This document shows positions 54,963-63,775 of a stretch of DNA of 64,000 nt, in pieces. Each line of letters opens with the position of its first letter. Position 1 is the stretch's first letter. This stretch comes from Alphaproteobacteria bacterium. GTDB lineage: Bacteria > Pseudomonadota > Alphaproteobacteria > JAIXQD01. The stretch is from assembly GCA_965246895.1 (NCBI GenBank), contig OZ251993.1:838897-902896 (forward strand), given 5' to 3'. The notes under the pieces are model-generated. The model was not told where the DNA came from. It saw nothing but the letters and a program-made list of their open reading frames with translations, and ran no database searches. Both the position numbers and the translations under genes were made by a program.

Positions 54963-56775
54963 CCGGGGCGATCACCTGCTGCGGGTCTTCGTTATCGATC
55001 TCGACCTGAGGTGCATTCGGCGCGGTAGCTTTTACTTCTTGCGTCTGGAATTTACTGTCGGGGAGAATGCCCGCCTTATCGCCGGGCGCGAAGACAGGCG
55101 CGATGCCAAGGATCGGTGCAATCTGGCTGACAATCTTGCCGACCGCTGGCGCGGCGACCCAGCCCCCGGTTGCATAACCGTAGGATTTCGCATTCGGATG
55201 CGGCTCGTCGACCATCACGAAGACGATGTATTTTGGATTTGAGATTGGAAAGGCGCCAACAAAGGATGATAATCGTCCACCACCTTTATAGCCATGACCA
55301 TTGATCTTATCAGCAGTTCCGGTTTTACCGCCAACCTCATAGCCGGGTGCATCTGCGCTTTTCGCTGTGCCGCCTGTTACAACAAGCCGCATCAGCCCGC
55401 GCATTAAGATTGACGTTTGTTCAGAAATCACGCGTTCGCCAACGATCGGCTGGTTGGCTGGACGTTTTAGCAAGGTTGGCTGGATTAACTCACCGCCATT
55501 GACGATAGCGCTAACGCCGCGCACCAAATGCAGCGGGCTGACGGCCATACCATGACCAAAGGCGATCGTCATACTGTTCACGTCACGCCAGGGGCGCGGC
55601 ACCATAGGATCGCCACGCTCCGGCACTTCGAGCTTAGCCTGTTTAGTAAAGCCTAGCTTCGTTAGGAACGCTTGCTGCCATTCGGTGCCAACCCGCTCGA
55701 ACATATGAACGGAGCCGATGTTCGACGATTCCTCCATAATCTCGGAGACATTGTAGTTGTGCTTGGCCGGGTGGAAGTCAGTGATCGTAAAACGGCCAAC
55801 GCGGATATTGTGTGTCGTGTCGAATACGTCATTCATCTTTACCTGGCCACTATCGAGCGCCATGGCTGTATTGAAGATCTTAAAGGTCGAGCCCATCTCG
55901 TAAACGCCGAGCGTATCGCGATTGAATTTCGCATCGTCGGAGGCAAGGCCCGGTTCATGCGGATCAAAATCAGGCAAGGAGACCATGGCCATGACTTCGC
56001 CGGTTTTCGCGTCCATCACCATGCCGGCACCGCCAACGGCTGTAAAACTATCGATCGCGCTTTGTACCTCGCGTTTAACGATATATTGCAGACGGGCATC
56101 AACCGAAAGCTTAAGCGGCGTGCTGTCGGTGCGCAGCCGCGCATCCATAGTCTTTTCAAGACCGGCGAGGCCTTCTTGGTCGACGCCTAAGAAGCCGAGC
56201 GCATGCGCAAACAGCGCACCATGCGGATAAACGCGGCGGAATTCATTCTGGAATTCAATGCCGGGGAGGCCAAGCGTATTTGCAGCCGCATACTGTTGTG
56301 GTGTCAGGTGGCGCTTGATCCAGGTGAAGCGCTTATTACTTTTGAGGTCGCTGATAAGATGCGCCCGATCAAGATCGGGAAATAGTTCAATCAGTTTATC
56401 AGCAGTTTTATCAGGCTCAATGACGCGAATGGCATCGGCATAGAGCGAGACGGTGGGGAGCGAAGTTGCTAGCGTCTGGCCATTGCGGTCGACGATATCA
56501 GCACGGGCGGTGCTTAAAGCAGCGTCAGCGGCGGCAAGTTTCGGCTCGCCATCTATGCCGCGAATTACAGTTGCGTCGACGAGCTTGCCGAAAATGACGA
56601 GGAAGCAAAGTACAAACCCGCACATCACCCAAAGGATACGACAGCGGGCGACGGTGACAGCACCGCGAACCTTGCAAGCACTAGGGGCATCGAAGTGCCA
56701 GCCAGCACCGCTGAAAAATGTCGGCTTTTCTTTAGGCCGGTCTACAGTCAGGGAAGGGTTGGGATGGTCATTCAC
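54781..56775 (-). CDS. ftsI: Peptidoglycan D,D-transpeptidase FtsI (PBP3) with Pro/Gln-rich C-terminal tail
   Basis: Transpeptidase SxxK motif GSTFKIF, with PBP dimer and transpeptidase domains. Confidence 0.9.
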   Translation of the reverse strand: MNDHPNPSLTVDRPKEKPTFFSGAGWHFDAPSACKVRGAVTVARCRILWVMCGFVLCFLVIFGKLVDATVIRGIDGEPKLAAADAALSTARADIVDRNGQTLATSLPTVSLYADAIRVIEPDKTADKLIELFPDLDRAHLISDLKSNKRFTWIKRHLTPQQYAAANTLGLPGIEFQNEFRRVYPHGALFAHALGFLGVDQEGLAGLEKTMDARLRTDSTPLKLSVDARLQYIVKREVQSAIDSFTAVGGAGMVMDAKTGEVMAMVSLPDFDPHEPGLASDDAKFNRDTLGVYEMGSTFKIFNTAMALDSGQVKMNDVFDTTHNIRVGRFTITDFHPAKHNYNVSEIMEESSNIGSVHMFERVGTEWQQAFLTKLGFTKQAKLEVPERGDPMVPRPWRDVNSMTIAFGHGMAVSPLHLVRGVSAIVNGGELIQPTLLKRPANQPIVGERVISEQTSILMRGLMRLVVTGGTAKSADAPGYEVGGKTGTADKINGHGYKGGGRLSSFVGAFPISNPKYIVFVMVDEPHPNAKSYGYATGGWVAAPAVGKIVSQIAPILGIAPVFAPGDKAGILPDSKFQTQEVKATAPNAPQVEIDNEDPQQVIAPVEAEDDPVAPQQPAPQPFNREAPAQPFAQPIAYSLNSVMDGNTDEAAMPSLPAAATQLRR

Positions 56776-56827
56776 ACAAAAGGCTTAGCGGGACATGGTT
56801 AGCAATTTGTTACCGCTCATAAATCCG

Positions 56828-57364
56828 TCAGCGCGCTTGAAACGAGGCCAGCAGTAACTTCACACTGTTTGGCGTGGTCGGTTGTGAAGAAGGAGCTAGC
56901 TTTTGAGATACTGTCGATAGCATTGGCGAAGCACTGCGGCTGGCTGTTACGATTGGCTTAATCACAGGTGCCGGAGTGGAGGCTACAATCGGTTCCGGCA
57001 TTGGAGCAATCAGCGGCGGCTTGGAAATGGTCGCAGCCGCAATCGCAGCCGTTGGCGCATCCACCGAAGGATCAACACGCTGTGCTACGACCCGGTTCAT
57101 GTCATGCAGAGCGGCGACGCGTTGCGTTTTAGTAGCCTCAAGATGAAGATACTTAGAGGCAAGGGCTTCGATCCGGCTCGGCTCTGTAAGGTAAGTCCAT
57201 TCAGCGCCTAGCACCTGGATATTTTCCTGCTCGGATACAATCTGACGATCGGTGCTGGCGATCTTGGCGCGCACTTCATCAACGGCATAACTCGTCTGAT
57301 ACAGCGCAGCCCCGGCACAAGCAGCAAGAAGGTAAACAGCGAAGGTCAGACGTGCACTTATCAT
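56828..57364 (-). CDS. ftsL: Cell division protein FtsL (alphaproteobacterial long form)
   Basis: Single N-terminal TM, coiled coil, and Pro/Ala-rich tail. Lies between rsmH and ftsI. Confidence 0.6.
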   Translation of the reverse strand: MISARLTFAVYLLAACAGAALYQTSYAVDEVRAKIASTDRQIVSEQENIQVLGAEWTYLTEPSRIEALASKYLHLEATKTQRVAALHDMNRVVAQRVDPSVDAPTAAIAAATISKPPLIAPMPEPIVASTPAPVIKPIVTASRSASPMLSTVSQKLAPSSQPTTPNSVKLLLASFQAR

Positions 57365-57367
57365 TTT

Positions 57368-58405
57368 TTATCCTGCCTGGTTGGTTAGATTGTTGGTAGC
57401 GAGCGCGGCAAGTCCAGAAGACAAGCCAGTTATGGGGGCCGCGGCCCGTTCCGCTGCCCGAAGGCGTGCTGAACGAGACCGCGGGTTCGCTCGGCACTCT
57501 TCGGGGGAAGGGGGCATGGCCGAGCGGGTTAACACCTTAAAACTGGGCCGGGCGTCATTCGCTGTCCCAGGCAGAGACGGCAGATGGCGCGACGGCAACA
57601 CGCTGTGCGCAGACCGCGCACGCATGAAGTTTTTAACGATTCGGTCTTCGAGGGAATGGAAAGAAACGACGACCAATCGCCCCTCGGGATTTAAAATATC
57701 TTCGGCTGCTTCTAGCGCGCGTTCGAGTTCGCCCAGCTCATCATTCACATGCAGACGCAGCGCTTGAAAAGTGCGCGTGGCGGGATCTATCCCATCTTTC
57801 GAGCGGGGCACGACTTTGCGAATAATCTCAGCCAGTTGAAGGGTCGTTTCGATAGGCGCAATCTGTCGAGCTTCGACAATGGCAGCAGCGACGCGGCGGG
57901 AGCGCTTCTCTTCGCCGAGTTCATAGATGATGTTTGCGAGCGCGTCAGCGGCCATGGAATTCACAATCTGAGCTGCGCTTTGGCCGGTATTGTTATCCAT
58001 CCGCATATCGAGCGGGCCGTCTTCGCGGAAGCTGAAGCCGCGGGCGGCATCGTCTAATTGCGGCGAGGAGACGCCAAGATCGAGCACCACACCATCGACC
58101 GCAGTGACGCCAATGCCAGCCAACAGATGCTTCATATCGCCGAAATTACCGGGGATCAGCGTGAAGCGGTCGCCATAGATGGCGGTGAATTTCAAGGCAC
58201 GTTGCGCGGCAGCAGGGTCGCGATCAATCGCGATCACGTTGGTGTTGGCGGCTTGCAGCATTTTCTCTGTATACCCGCCGAGACCAAAGGTGCCGTCGAC
58301 ATAGGTGCCGCCATCTTTCAGCGCTAGCAGTTGGAGAGCCTCGTCGCGCATGACAGGGAAATGGCTGAATGTTTCATCGGCTGGAGGCAGCATGTCGTCG
58401 CTCAT
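57368..58405 (-). CDS. rsmH: 16S rRNA (cytosine1402-N4)-methyltransferase RsmH (MraW). The ORF-track start at 58522 is over-extended; the start is taken as Met-40 (MSDDML...), which makes the mraZ stop overlap as ATGA.
   Basis: VDGTFGLGGYTEKML SAM motif. Confidence 0.9.
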   Translation of the reverse strand: MSDDMLPPADETFSHFPVMRDEALQLLALKDGGTYVDGTFGLGGYTEKMLQAANTNVIAIDRDPAAAQRALKFTAIYGDRFTLIPGNFGDMKHLLAGIGVTAVDGVVLDLGVSSPQLDDAARGFSFREDGPLDMRMDNNTGQSAAQIVNSMAADALANIIYELGEEKRSRRVAAAIVEARQIAPIETTLQLAEIIRKVVPRSKDGIDPATRTFQALRLHVNDELGELERALEAAEDILNPEGRLVVVSFHSLEDRIVKNFMRARSAHSVLPSRHLPSLPGTANDARPSFKVLTRSAMPPSPEECRANPRSRSARLRAAERAAAPITGLSSGLAALATNNLTNQAG

Positions 58406-58902
58406 TGCGCACCCCCATGCAGACGACGGGCATCGGCGATTATTTTGGACAATGAGATATCTTGTGCCTGCGCAGCCTTGCGCTGCTTTGCCATGTAGGT
58501 TTCGAGCTTTTCTGGCTGCCAAAGCTGGAACGTATTGCGACGACCAAAGAAAGCCACGGTCTCGGTAATGTCGACACCGCTAAACAAGGCTTCGGGAATG
58601 GTCACCCGGCCTTCAGGATCGAACGGCAAATGTTGAGAGCCACCAAAGATCGTGGTTTCGATTAGCTCATAAGTTTCAGGGGGTAGGTTCAAATTATCGA
58701 GCGAGGCGGAGAGCAATTCGAGATGCTGGGTCGAGCAGGCTTCAAGCGCGTCATGATGCAAAGCGCGATAGATGACAATGCCACCGCTACCGCCTTCTTG
58801 CTGATTTAGCGCGTTGCGGAAAGACGCAGGAACGCTGACGCGGCCCTTGCGGTCGATCTTGTTAAAATGGGTGGATAAGAATTGATCCACTACGCCCCCC
58901 AA
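58402..58902 (-). CDS. mraZ: Transcriptional regulator MraZ
   Basis: 166 aa with two MraZ/SpoVT-AbrB repeats (DRKGRVSVP..., GRVTIP...). First gene of the dcw cluster. Confidence 0.9.
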   Translation of the reverse strand: MGGVVDQFLSTHFNKIDRKGRVSVPASFRNALNQQEGGSGGIVIYRALHHDALEACSTQHLELLSASLDNLNLPPETYELIETTIFGGSQHLPFDPEGRVTIPEALFSGVDITETVAFFGRRNTFQLWQPEKLETYMAKQRKAAQAQDISLSKIIADARRLHGGAQ

Positions 58903-58966
58903 CCAAGTATTCGACCAATCCGGTTCCCCAACCGGCTCTCAGGAGTTCCATCATGCTGTGATGGAT

Positions 58967-59011
58967 TGGTCTCACTTGGGATATTATGGGTATACATGGT
59001 TTTTAATGGGA
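58967..59011. promoter_or_regulatory. Putative MraZ operator: five TGGNN repeats phased at exactly 10 bp (TGGTC, TGGGA, TGGGT, TGGTT, TGGGA) 65-110 bp upstream of mraZ
   Basis: Direct reading of the sequence. It matches the known MraZ TGGGN direct-repeat binding architecture. Confidence 0.6.
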
Positions 59012-59063
59012 TGTCGACCGAAATCGACTGTCGGAACGCAATTTTATCAATAATTACCGATAC

Positions 59064-59097
59064 TTATCCACATTTGTGTTAACAATTGGTGGATAAC
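59064..59097. promoter_or_regulatory. Inverted pair of DnaA-box-like octamers (TTATCCACA ... TGGTGGATAA) centred on GTTAAC, in the mraZ upstream region
   Basis: Perfect TTATCCAC octamer in both orientations about 16 bp apart. A third CTTATCCAC lies at about 58870 on the other strand. Confidence 0.35.
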
Positions 59098-59346
59098 ATT
59101 AGAAGAGCTGTATGTGGCTTTTCGACATAGATTTAACGTAATCTGTTCGCTCAATGTTCTTGCTCAGCCTGTTAATATTTCGGCTTCAAACTCATTTACC
59201 ATGTTTGTCGACGAGGGCCGCGAAAGGGCCTTAATGCTGTCGCGAATAAATCACATCGCAAGTAAATCCTGCACACTTGTATTGGTGAAATCAGGCTACA
59301 TTAGGAGCAGACGATGACGCGCACGCGCAACTGGAGGAACTGGATT

Positions 59347-60030
59347 ATGAAAGCTTCGATTAAGACGGCTTTTGCTGCTGGGCTGATGGTGATGACAGGC
59401 CAAGCCGCACATGCGCAAAGCTTCGGTTCTGTGACGCGCGGGGCGGAGCAGCCAAGCCCAGAGCAACAGCAACGCCAACAACAGCAGCGCCAAGATCGCC
59501 GGAGTGGTTGGTTTACGACCGATGGGAATAGTCGTGCAGGCCAGCGTTTTGATAATAATGTTGATCAAAACTCACGTAACTGGAGCCAGCCCCGTCAAAG
59601 TCCAAATAGTTATGACCAGTATCAGAATTTCGATCCCAATGAAGTTTATCTACCAACGCAGGTTTCACCGCGACCAGTAAGCTGCCAAGTCAATACCTAT
59701 GGCGTTCGCAATCCAGGATACATGGCGGCTGTTACTGTTGCAGATGCAAATTCTTGCCGCCCAATCGTGATCAGTAGCGGCGCGCGTGACTTTATCCAAA
59801 TCAATGATTATGGCTATCAAGGTCGCGGCGTACATCAATATCAAATCAGCCTGCGTGGCGGCCAAGTAACCGCCGTAACACTCGATGGTCGCGTGCAACT
59901 GCCGCCGCAGTTCGGCGAAGCGCTATTAGATCGTCCGCTTGGTGGGGTGCAACTTGCTCGTACCTCAATGGATGGGCCACAGACGCCACAAGTGAAGTCA
60001 ATTCGCCAATGGATTGGCTTGGGATATTAA
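59347..60030 (+). CDS. Secreted hypothetical protein with Gln/Arg-rich low-complexity segment. The ORF-track start at 59314 is over-extended; the start is taken at MKASIK...
   Basis: Signal peptide MKASIKTAFAAGLMVMTGQAAHA, a QQQRQQQQRQ tract, and no catalytic motifs. Confidence 0.5.
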   Translation: MKASIKTAFAAGLMVMTGQAAHAQSFGSVTRGAEQPSPEQQQRQQQQRQDRRSGWFTTDGNSRAGQRFDNNVDQNSRNWSQPRQSPNSYDQYQNFDPNEVYLPTQVSPRPVSCQVNTYGVRNPGYMAAVTVADANSCRPIVISSGARDFIQINDYGYQGRGVHQYQISLRGGQVTAVTLDGRVQLPPQFGEALLDRPLGGVQLARTSMDGPQTPQVKSIRQWIGLGY

Positions 60031-60032
60031 TT

Positions 60033-60425
60033 GTCAGATGGCCTGTAAGCCGGGTTTTGTACGACACAACATTTAACTGCTGCGTGCGATGGCCATTCAT
60101 CTGGGAATGACGTTACCGCCATCCTCAAGCAATCGACCCGCGAAACTTGCCGGGATCAGCATTTTACGCCTACCGAAGCAGACGGTTCCGCCTATTTGAT
60201 TTTGCTCCGCGTGGGGTTTTCCATGCCAGCCTGTTACCAGAGCCGCGGTGCGCTCTTACCGCACCTTTTCACCCTTACCGCCTGACCGCAGCCAAGCGGC
60301 GGTTCATTCTCTGTGGCACTTTCCGTCGGCTCGCGCCGCCCAGGCGTTACCTGGCACCCTGATCCCGTGGAGCCCGGACTTTCCTCTCGCCCCGAAAGAC
60401 GAGCGGCCATCCGGCCATCTGACAA
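60033..60425 (-). ncRNA. rnpB: RNase P RNA (bacterial type A)
   Basis: Reverse complement contains GGAAAGTCCGGGCTCCACGG, AGGGTGAAAAGGTGCGGTAAGAGCGCACC and ACAAAACCCGGCTTAC. A terminal P1 helix is formed by GTCAGATGGCC / GGCCATCTGAC. Confidence 0.85.
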
Positions 60426-60461
60426 GTTCCTCTATATAGAGTTCAGTTTGGAAGTAAAAGC

Positions 60462-61253
60462 CTAGTAACGCTGGAAGGGCGCTGTAGCAGGCGTGCGGGC
60501 CGAGGTCGCGGGCACTTTATAGATAGCGGGCGCGGGAGCAGGGATGCCATGGGCATACTGGTTTACTACCTGTTGAATGGTGCCCTCGCAAGCCGCCGAC
60601 AAGCGCTGGTATTCGGCAGGATTATCATGCGCCTGCTGACGATAACCGCGCTCCTTGTTCATCTCGCCCGCCGCGATTTCCAGCTGGTCATTGATAAAAT
60701 TCTGCATGCGGCTGCGGGCTTCTTCCGGATCATTAGCCCGCACCATGCCCAGCTTGCGGATCGCGGCCTCGGCAAATTGCTGGAGGATGGGCTGATATTC
60801 CGCCAGAAGCTTGCGGTCGATCGCCAGATGGCCTTCTTCATGAGCTAACACCTCGGCATGGCCACAAGTGTTGCGGGGCAATTCGCGGGCAACATAGATT
60901 GAGTTATGCTGAAACCCGACATCGATCCGCGCCTCAGCCGGGCGGGCGCAAACCCGGCCATCGGTGCCGACGACCATATTCGTCTGCAGCATGATGCTGA
61001 AATTGAGTTCGCCAATCGCAAAGCCGACGGGCTGATCTTTATGAAATACGGCGGAGGCTTGGGCGGCGACAATATCCTTCAAGCGGGGCAAAGGCTGTTC
61101 AAAATTATAAGCAGGAGCTTCAAAAAAGCTGGTGATCTTGACAACTGGATCCGGCAAGGGCGGGCATTCGCTCACGTTACCTAGTGTTTGCGCAACAGCA
61201 GGCAAAGTCAGGCTCGCGAGCATAAAGGCAAGAAATAGGTAATGAATTCGCAA
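60462..61253 (-). CDS. Secreted putative Zn-metallopeptidase-like protein (HExxH: HEEGH; DUF922-like)
   Basis: N-terminal signal peptide and LAHEEGHLAI motif. Confidence 0.55.
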   Translation of the reverse strand: MRIHYLFLAFMLASLTLPAVAQTLGNVSECPPLPDPVVKITSFFEAPAYNFEQPLPRLKDIVAAQASAVFHKDQPVGFAIGELNFSIMLQTNMVVGTDGRVCARPAEARIDVGFQHNSIYVARELPRNTCGHAEVLAHEEGHLAIDRKLLAEYQPILQQFAEAAIRKLGMVRANDPEEARSRMQNFINDQLEIAAGEMNKERGYRQQAHDNPAEYQRLSAACEGTIQQVVNQYAHGIPAPAPAIYKVPATSARTPATAPFQRY

Positions 61254-61339
61254 ATCTGAGCCTTCGATCTGATGCTAAATACAGCTGACCATTCTTTGTA
61301 ACATATGAAAGTAATTATTGTATTGGCGAATAGACAGAT

Positions 61340-62761
61340 TTGAATCAAACTTTATCAATGAGCGAACCCCTCGACCTATCTGAGCCATTGCCAAGCCGTA
61401 GGGGGGTGTTGGGTTTGCTAGGCAGCATTGTTGTAGCAGGAGCAGCTGGAGCCTCGAGTTCCAAGCTCGCAATTCTTGTTCCGCAAGGGCGTGTTACGCA
61501 GCTTATACCTGACAAGGTTTTACGACCGAAGAAAACAAAACCGAAGCCTTTTTCTCATAATCCGCCGCGTCAAATCGCCATCGATCTAACGCATCAGGTA
61601 CGACCTGGCCAGCGCTTGCGATTATTTTATGCAAAATCTGGAGACAGGCATTTAGATCTAAATGATTATCATGCATTGGAACAAGAATGCGTTATTCCCG
61701 CTTCGATGCACAAGCAATGGACGGCCTTAACGATCGTTGACTGCTCAACAGGCCGCATCAACGAATATAGCGACTATGAGATGATGCATTTGGGCGCGGC
61801 CGATATGTCACCGGCAACAAGACCAATCATGTCACTTGATGATATTGTGACCATTGATGAAACCTCATCACGTTTAAATTGTGCTCGGCATGCGATCGCG
61901 GGTGCACAATGGGTAATGCGTGATTTGCTGCGTGTTGGACTAGACAAATCTGATAATGGGTTGATGCATGCAGCGGCATGTTATTGTGGGCAAAAGCTGA
62001 TCGAACATGGCTTGGCCGAAGATGATGGTTTGCCAGGCGCGGCGCATCGCGCTTTTATCGGTTACGGCAACCGGCATGCACAAAAGAGCTATGGCCTATC
62101 CCCGCAGTTCCACTCGATCAACGCTCACGGCTTGCCAGGTTATGAAACACTAATCGATTTCACAGCATTTCGTGCATGGGCAAAGATTGAGGGAATTGCG
62201 GCTGAGCCCTTCGAGTTTGGAGGCAATGATCGACATTTTCGCGTCAAAAAGATTCGGCAAACCAATCCTTCTGCAAGCCTGCCAATTGAAAGTGGTATCT
62301 GCCCCACGCCTAATGCTCATAACATATGGGGATTGTTTGATGATGCTCGGATCAAACAACATTGGCTGACGCGCCATCCTGATCTGTACGCTGAACTGAT
62401 GCCAACCTATTCTGATAAGATTGCTGCTGCAGGGTTAGACAGCCGATTAACAGCAGTGCATGGTAAATCAGGCTTCTGCAACGCCTCTGGTGGTAACTTC
62501 GGTTTTACTTGCCGCAACGGCGACACCATTCTTTATGGGCTGGCCACAGGACAATGGCCCGTTGGGCATAGAGTGCCTGCAGCAGTGAAACCAGTGAATG
62601 CGTTCTATAATCCAGGACTTGCTGACCAGCCGGATACAACGCCAGCCGTCAAAGCAAAGCCAAAACCTGGCAAACCTGCCTCAGCTCCACAGCGGCCTGC
62701 CTCACACGGCCAGCATCATGTTGTTGCGAGCAGAGCTGCGCATCATCTGACAGCCCATTAA
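61340..62761 (+). CDS. Tat-exported hypothetical protein with Lys/Pro-rich C-terminal tail; probable operon with the downstream amidase
   Basis: Twin-arginine signal SRRGVLGLLG...AGA. 473 aa. 32 bp upstream of the amidase gene on the same strand. Confidence 0.55.
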   Translation: MNQTLSMSEPLDLSEPLPSRRGVLGLLGSIVVAGAAGASSSKLAILVPQGRVTQLIPDKVLRPKKTKPKPFSHNPPRQIAIDLTHQVRPGQRLRLFYAKSGDRHLDLNDYHALEQECVIPASMHKQWTALTIVDCSTGRINEYSDYEMMHLGAADMSPATRPIMSLDDIVTIDETSSRLNCARHAIAGAQWVMRDLLRVGLDKSDNGLMHAAACYCGQKLIEHGLAEDDGLPGAAHRAFIGYGNRHAQKSYGLSPQFHSINAHGLPGYETLIDFTAFRAWAKIEGIAAEPFEFGGNDRHFRVKKIRQTNPSASLPIESGICPTPNAHNIWGLFDDARIKQHWLTRHPDLYAELMPTYSDKIAAAGLDSRLTAVHGKSGFCNASGGNFGFTCRNGDTILYGLATGQWPVGHRVPAAVKPVNAFYNPGLADQPDTTPAVKAKPKPGKPASAPQRPASHGQHHVVASRAAHHLTAH

Positions 62762-62792
62762 ATCCCGCTCGAAATAAACCGCGGGCAGGGGT

Positions 62793-63698
62793 ATGCTGCC
62801 ATACATGACCGATTCCCCGTTCGAGTTATTTCCTGCCGACAGTCTGTTGACGCGCCGCAATATTTTGAAAGCGCTTGGGCTTTCCACGCTGGCGATTACC
62901 TTGCCGCTGGGCATGACCGGCACCGCTTTTGCCGATAGCTTGCCCAATCTGTTGCCGGTTTCTGCAACAGCCGGGCATAACCCTAAGGCTACCAAAGGTG
63001 CGGCCAGTAACGGCTCGCGCTTGCTGATGATCGACCCTGGCCATGGCGGTCGGGATCCAGGTGCGATTGGCAAGTCCGGCACTTACGAAAAAGATGTGGT
63101 GCTGGATATCAGCCGGCAGCTCGCCGATGCCTTGAGCCGTATTTCCGGCGTACAGGCAAAGCTAACGCGCGATACCGACCATTTCATCCCACTAGAAGAG
63201 CGCGTGTCTATCGCGCAGGGGGCGAAGTGCGATTTCTTCCTCTCAATCCATGCCGATAGCGCGCCGACACAAAATGCGCGCGGGCTGTCTGCCTATACGT
63301 TGTCGCGTGATGCTTCGGATAATTTTGCCAAAGCCTTGGAGAAGAAGGAAAACCTGGCCGATCTTGTCGGCGGGCTGCAGGTCAAGAATGATGATCCCGA
63401 GGTCACTGATATCCTGATGGAGCTAGCGGCTCGTCACACCAAGACGGCGGCGCTGAAAGCCAAGCAAGAGGTCGTTAAAGGCCTCAACGGCGATTGGAAG
63501 CTGCTGGAAAACCCCATGCGAAGTGCGAACTTTGCCGTGCTGCGCGCGCCTGATCTGCCGTCGATGCTGATCGAGACAGGGTTTCTCTCAAATGCGCAGG
63601 ACGAGCAGATTCTGCAGAGCCGCGCCAATCGCCAGAAAATCGCCAAACTGTTAGCCGGTGAATTTGGTAAAATCCTTAATGCCGCGCCGTTTGTCTAA
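62793..63698 (+). CDS. amiC: N-acetylmuramoyl-L-alanine amidase (Amidase_3, AmiC-like), Tat-exported
   Basis: Twin-arginine signal TRRNILKAL. Amidase_3 catalytic-domain motifs MIDPGHGGRDPGA, LSIHADS, and the downstream Glu. Confidence 0.85.
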   Translation: MLPYMTDSPFELFPADSLLTRRNILKALGLSTLAITLPLGMTGTAFADSLPNLLPVSATAGHNPKATKGAASNGSRLLMIDPGHGGRDPGAIGKSGTYEKDVVLDISRQLADALSRISGVQAKLTRDTDHFIPLEERVSIAQGAKCDFFLSIHADSAPTQNARGLSAYTLSRDASDNFAKALEKKENLADLVGGLQVKNDDPEVTDILMELAARHTKTAALKAKQEVVKGLNGDWKLLENPMRSANFAVLRAPDLPSMLIETGFLSNAQDEQILQSRANRQKIAKLLAGEFGKILNAAPFV

Positions 63699-63775
63699 AG
63701 AAATCCGGCTGTGTAACGTATTGGCGCTTTATTATAACTAGGATAGCTGTCACACTGTGTTTCGGGGGAACATCA

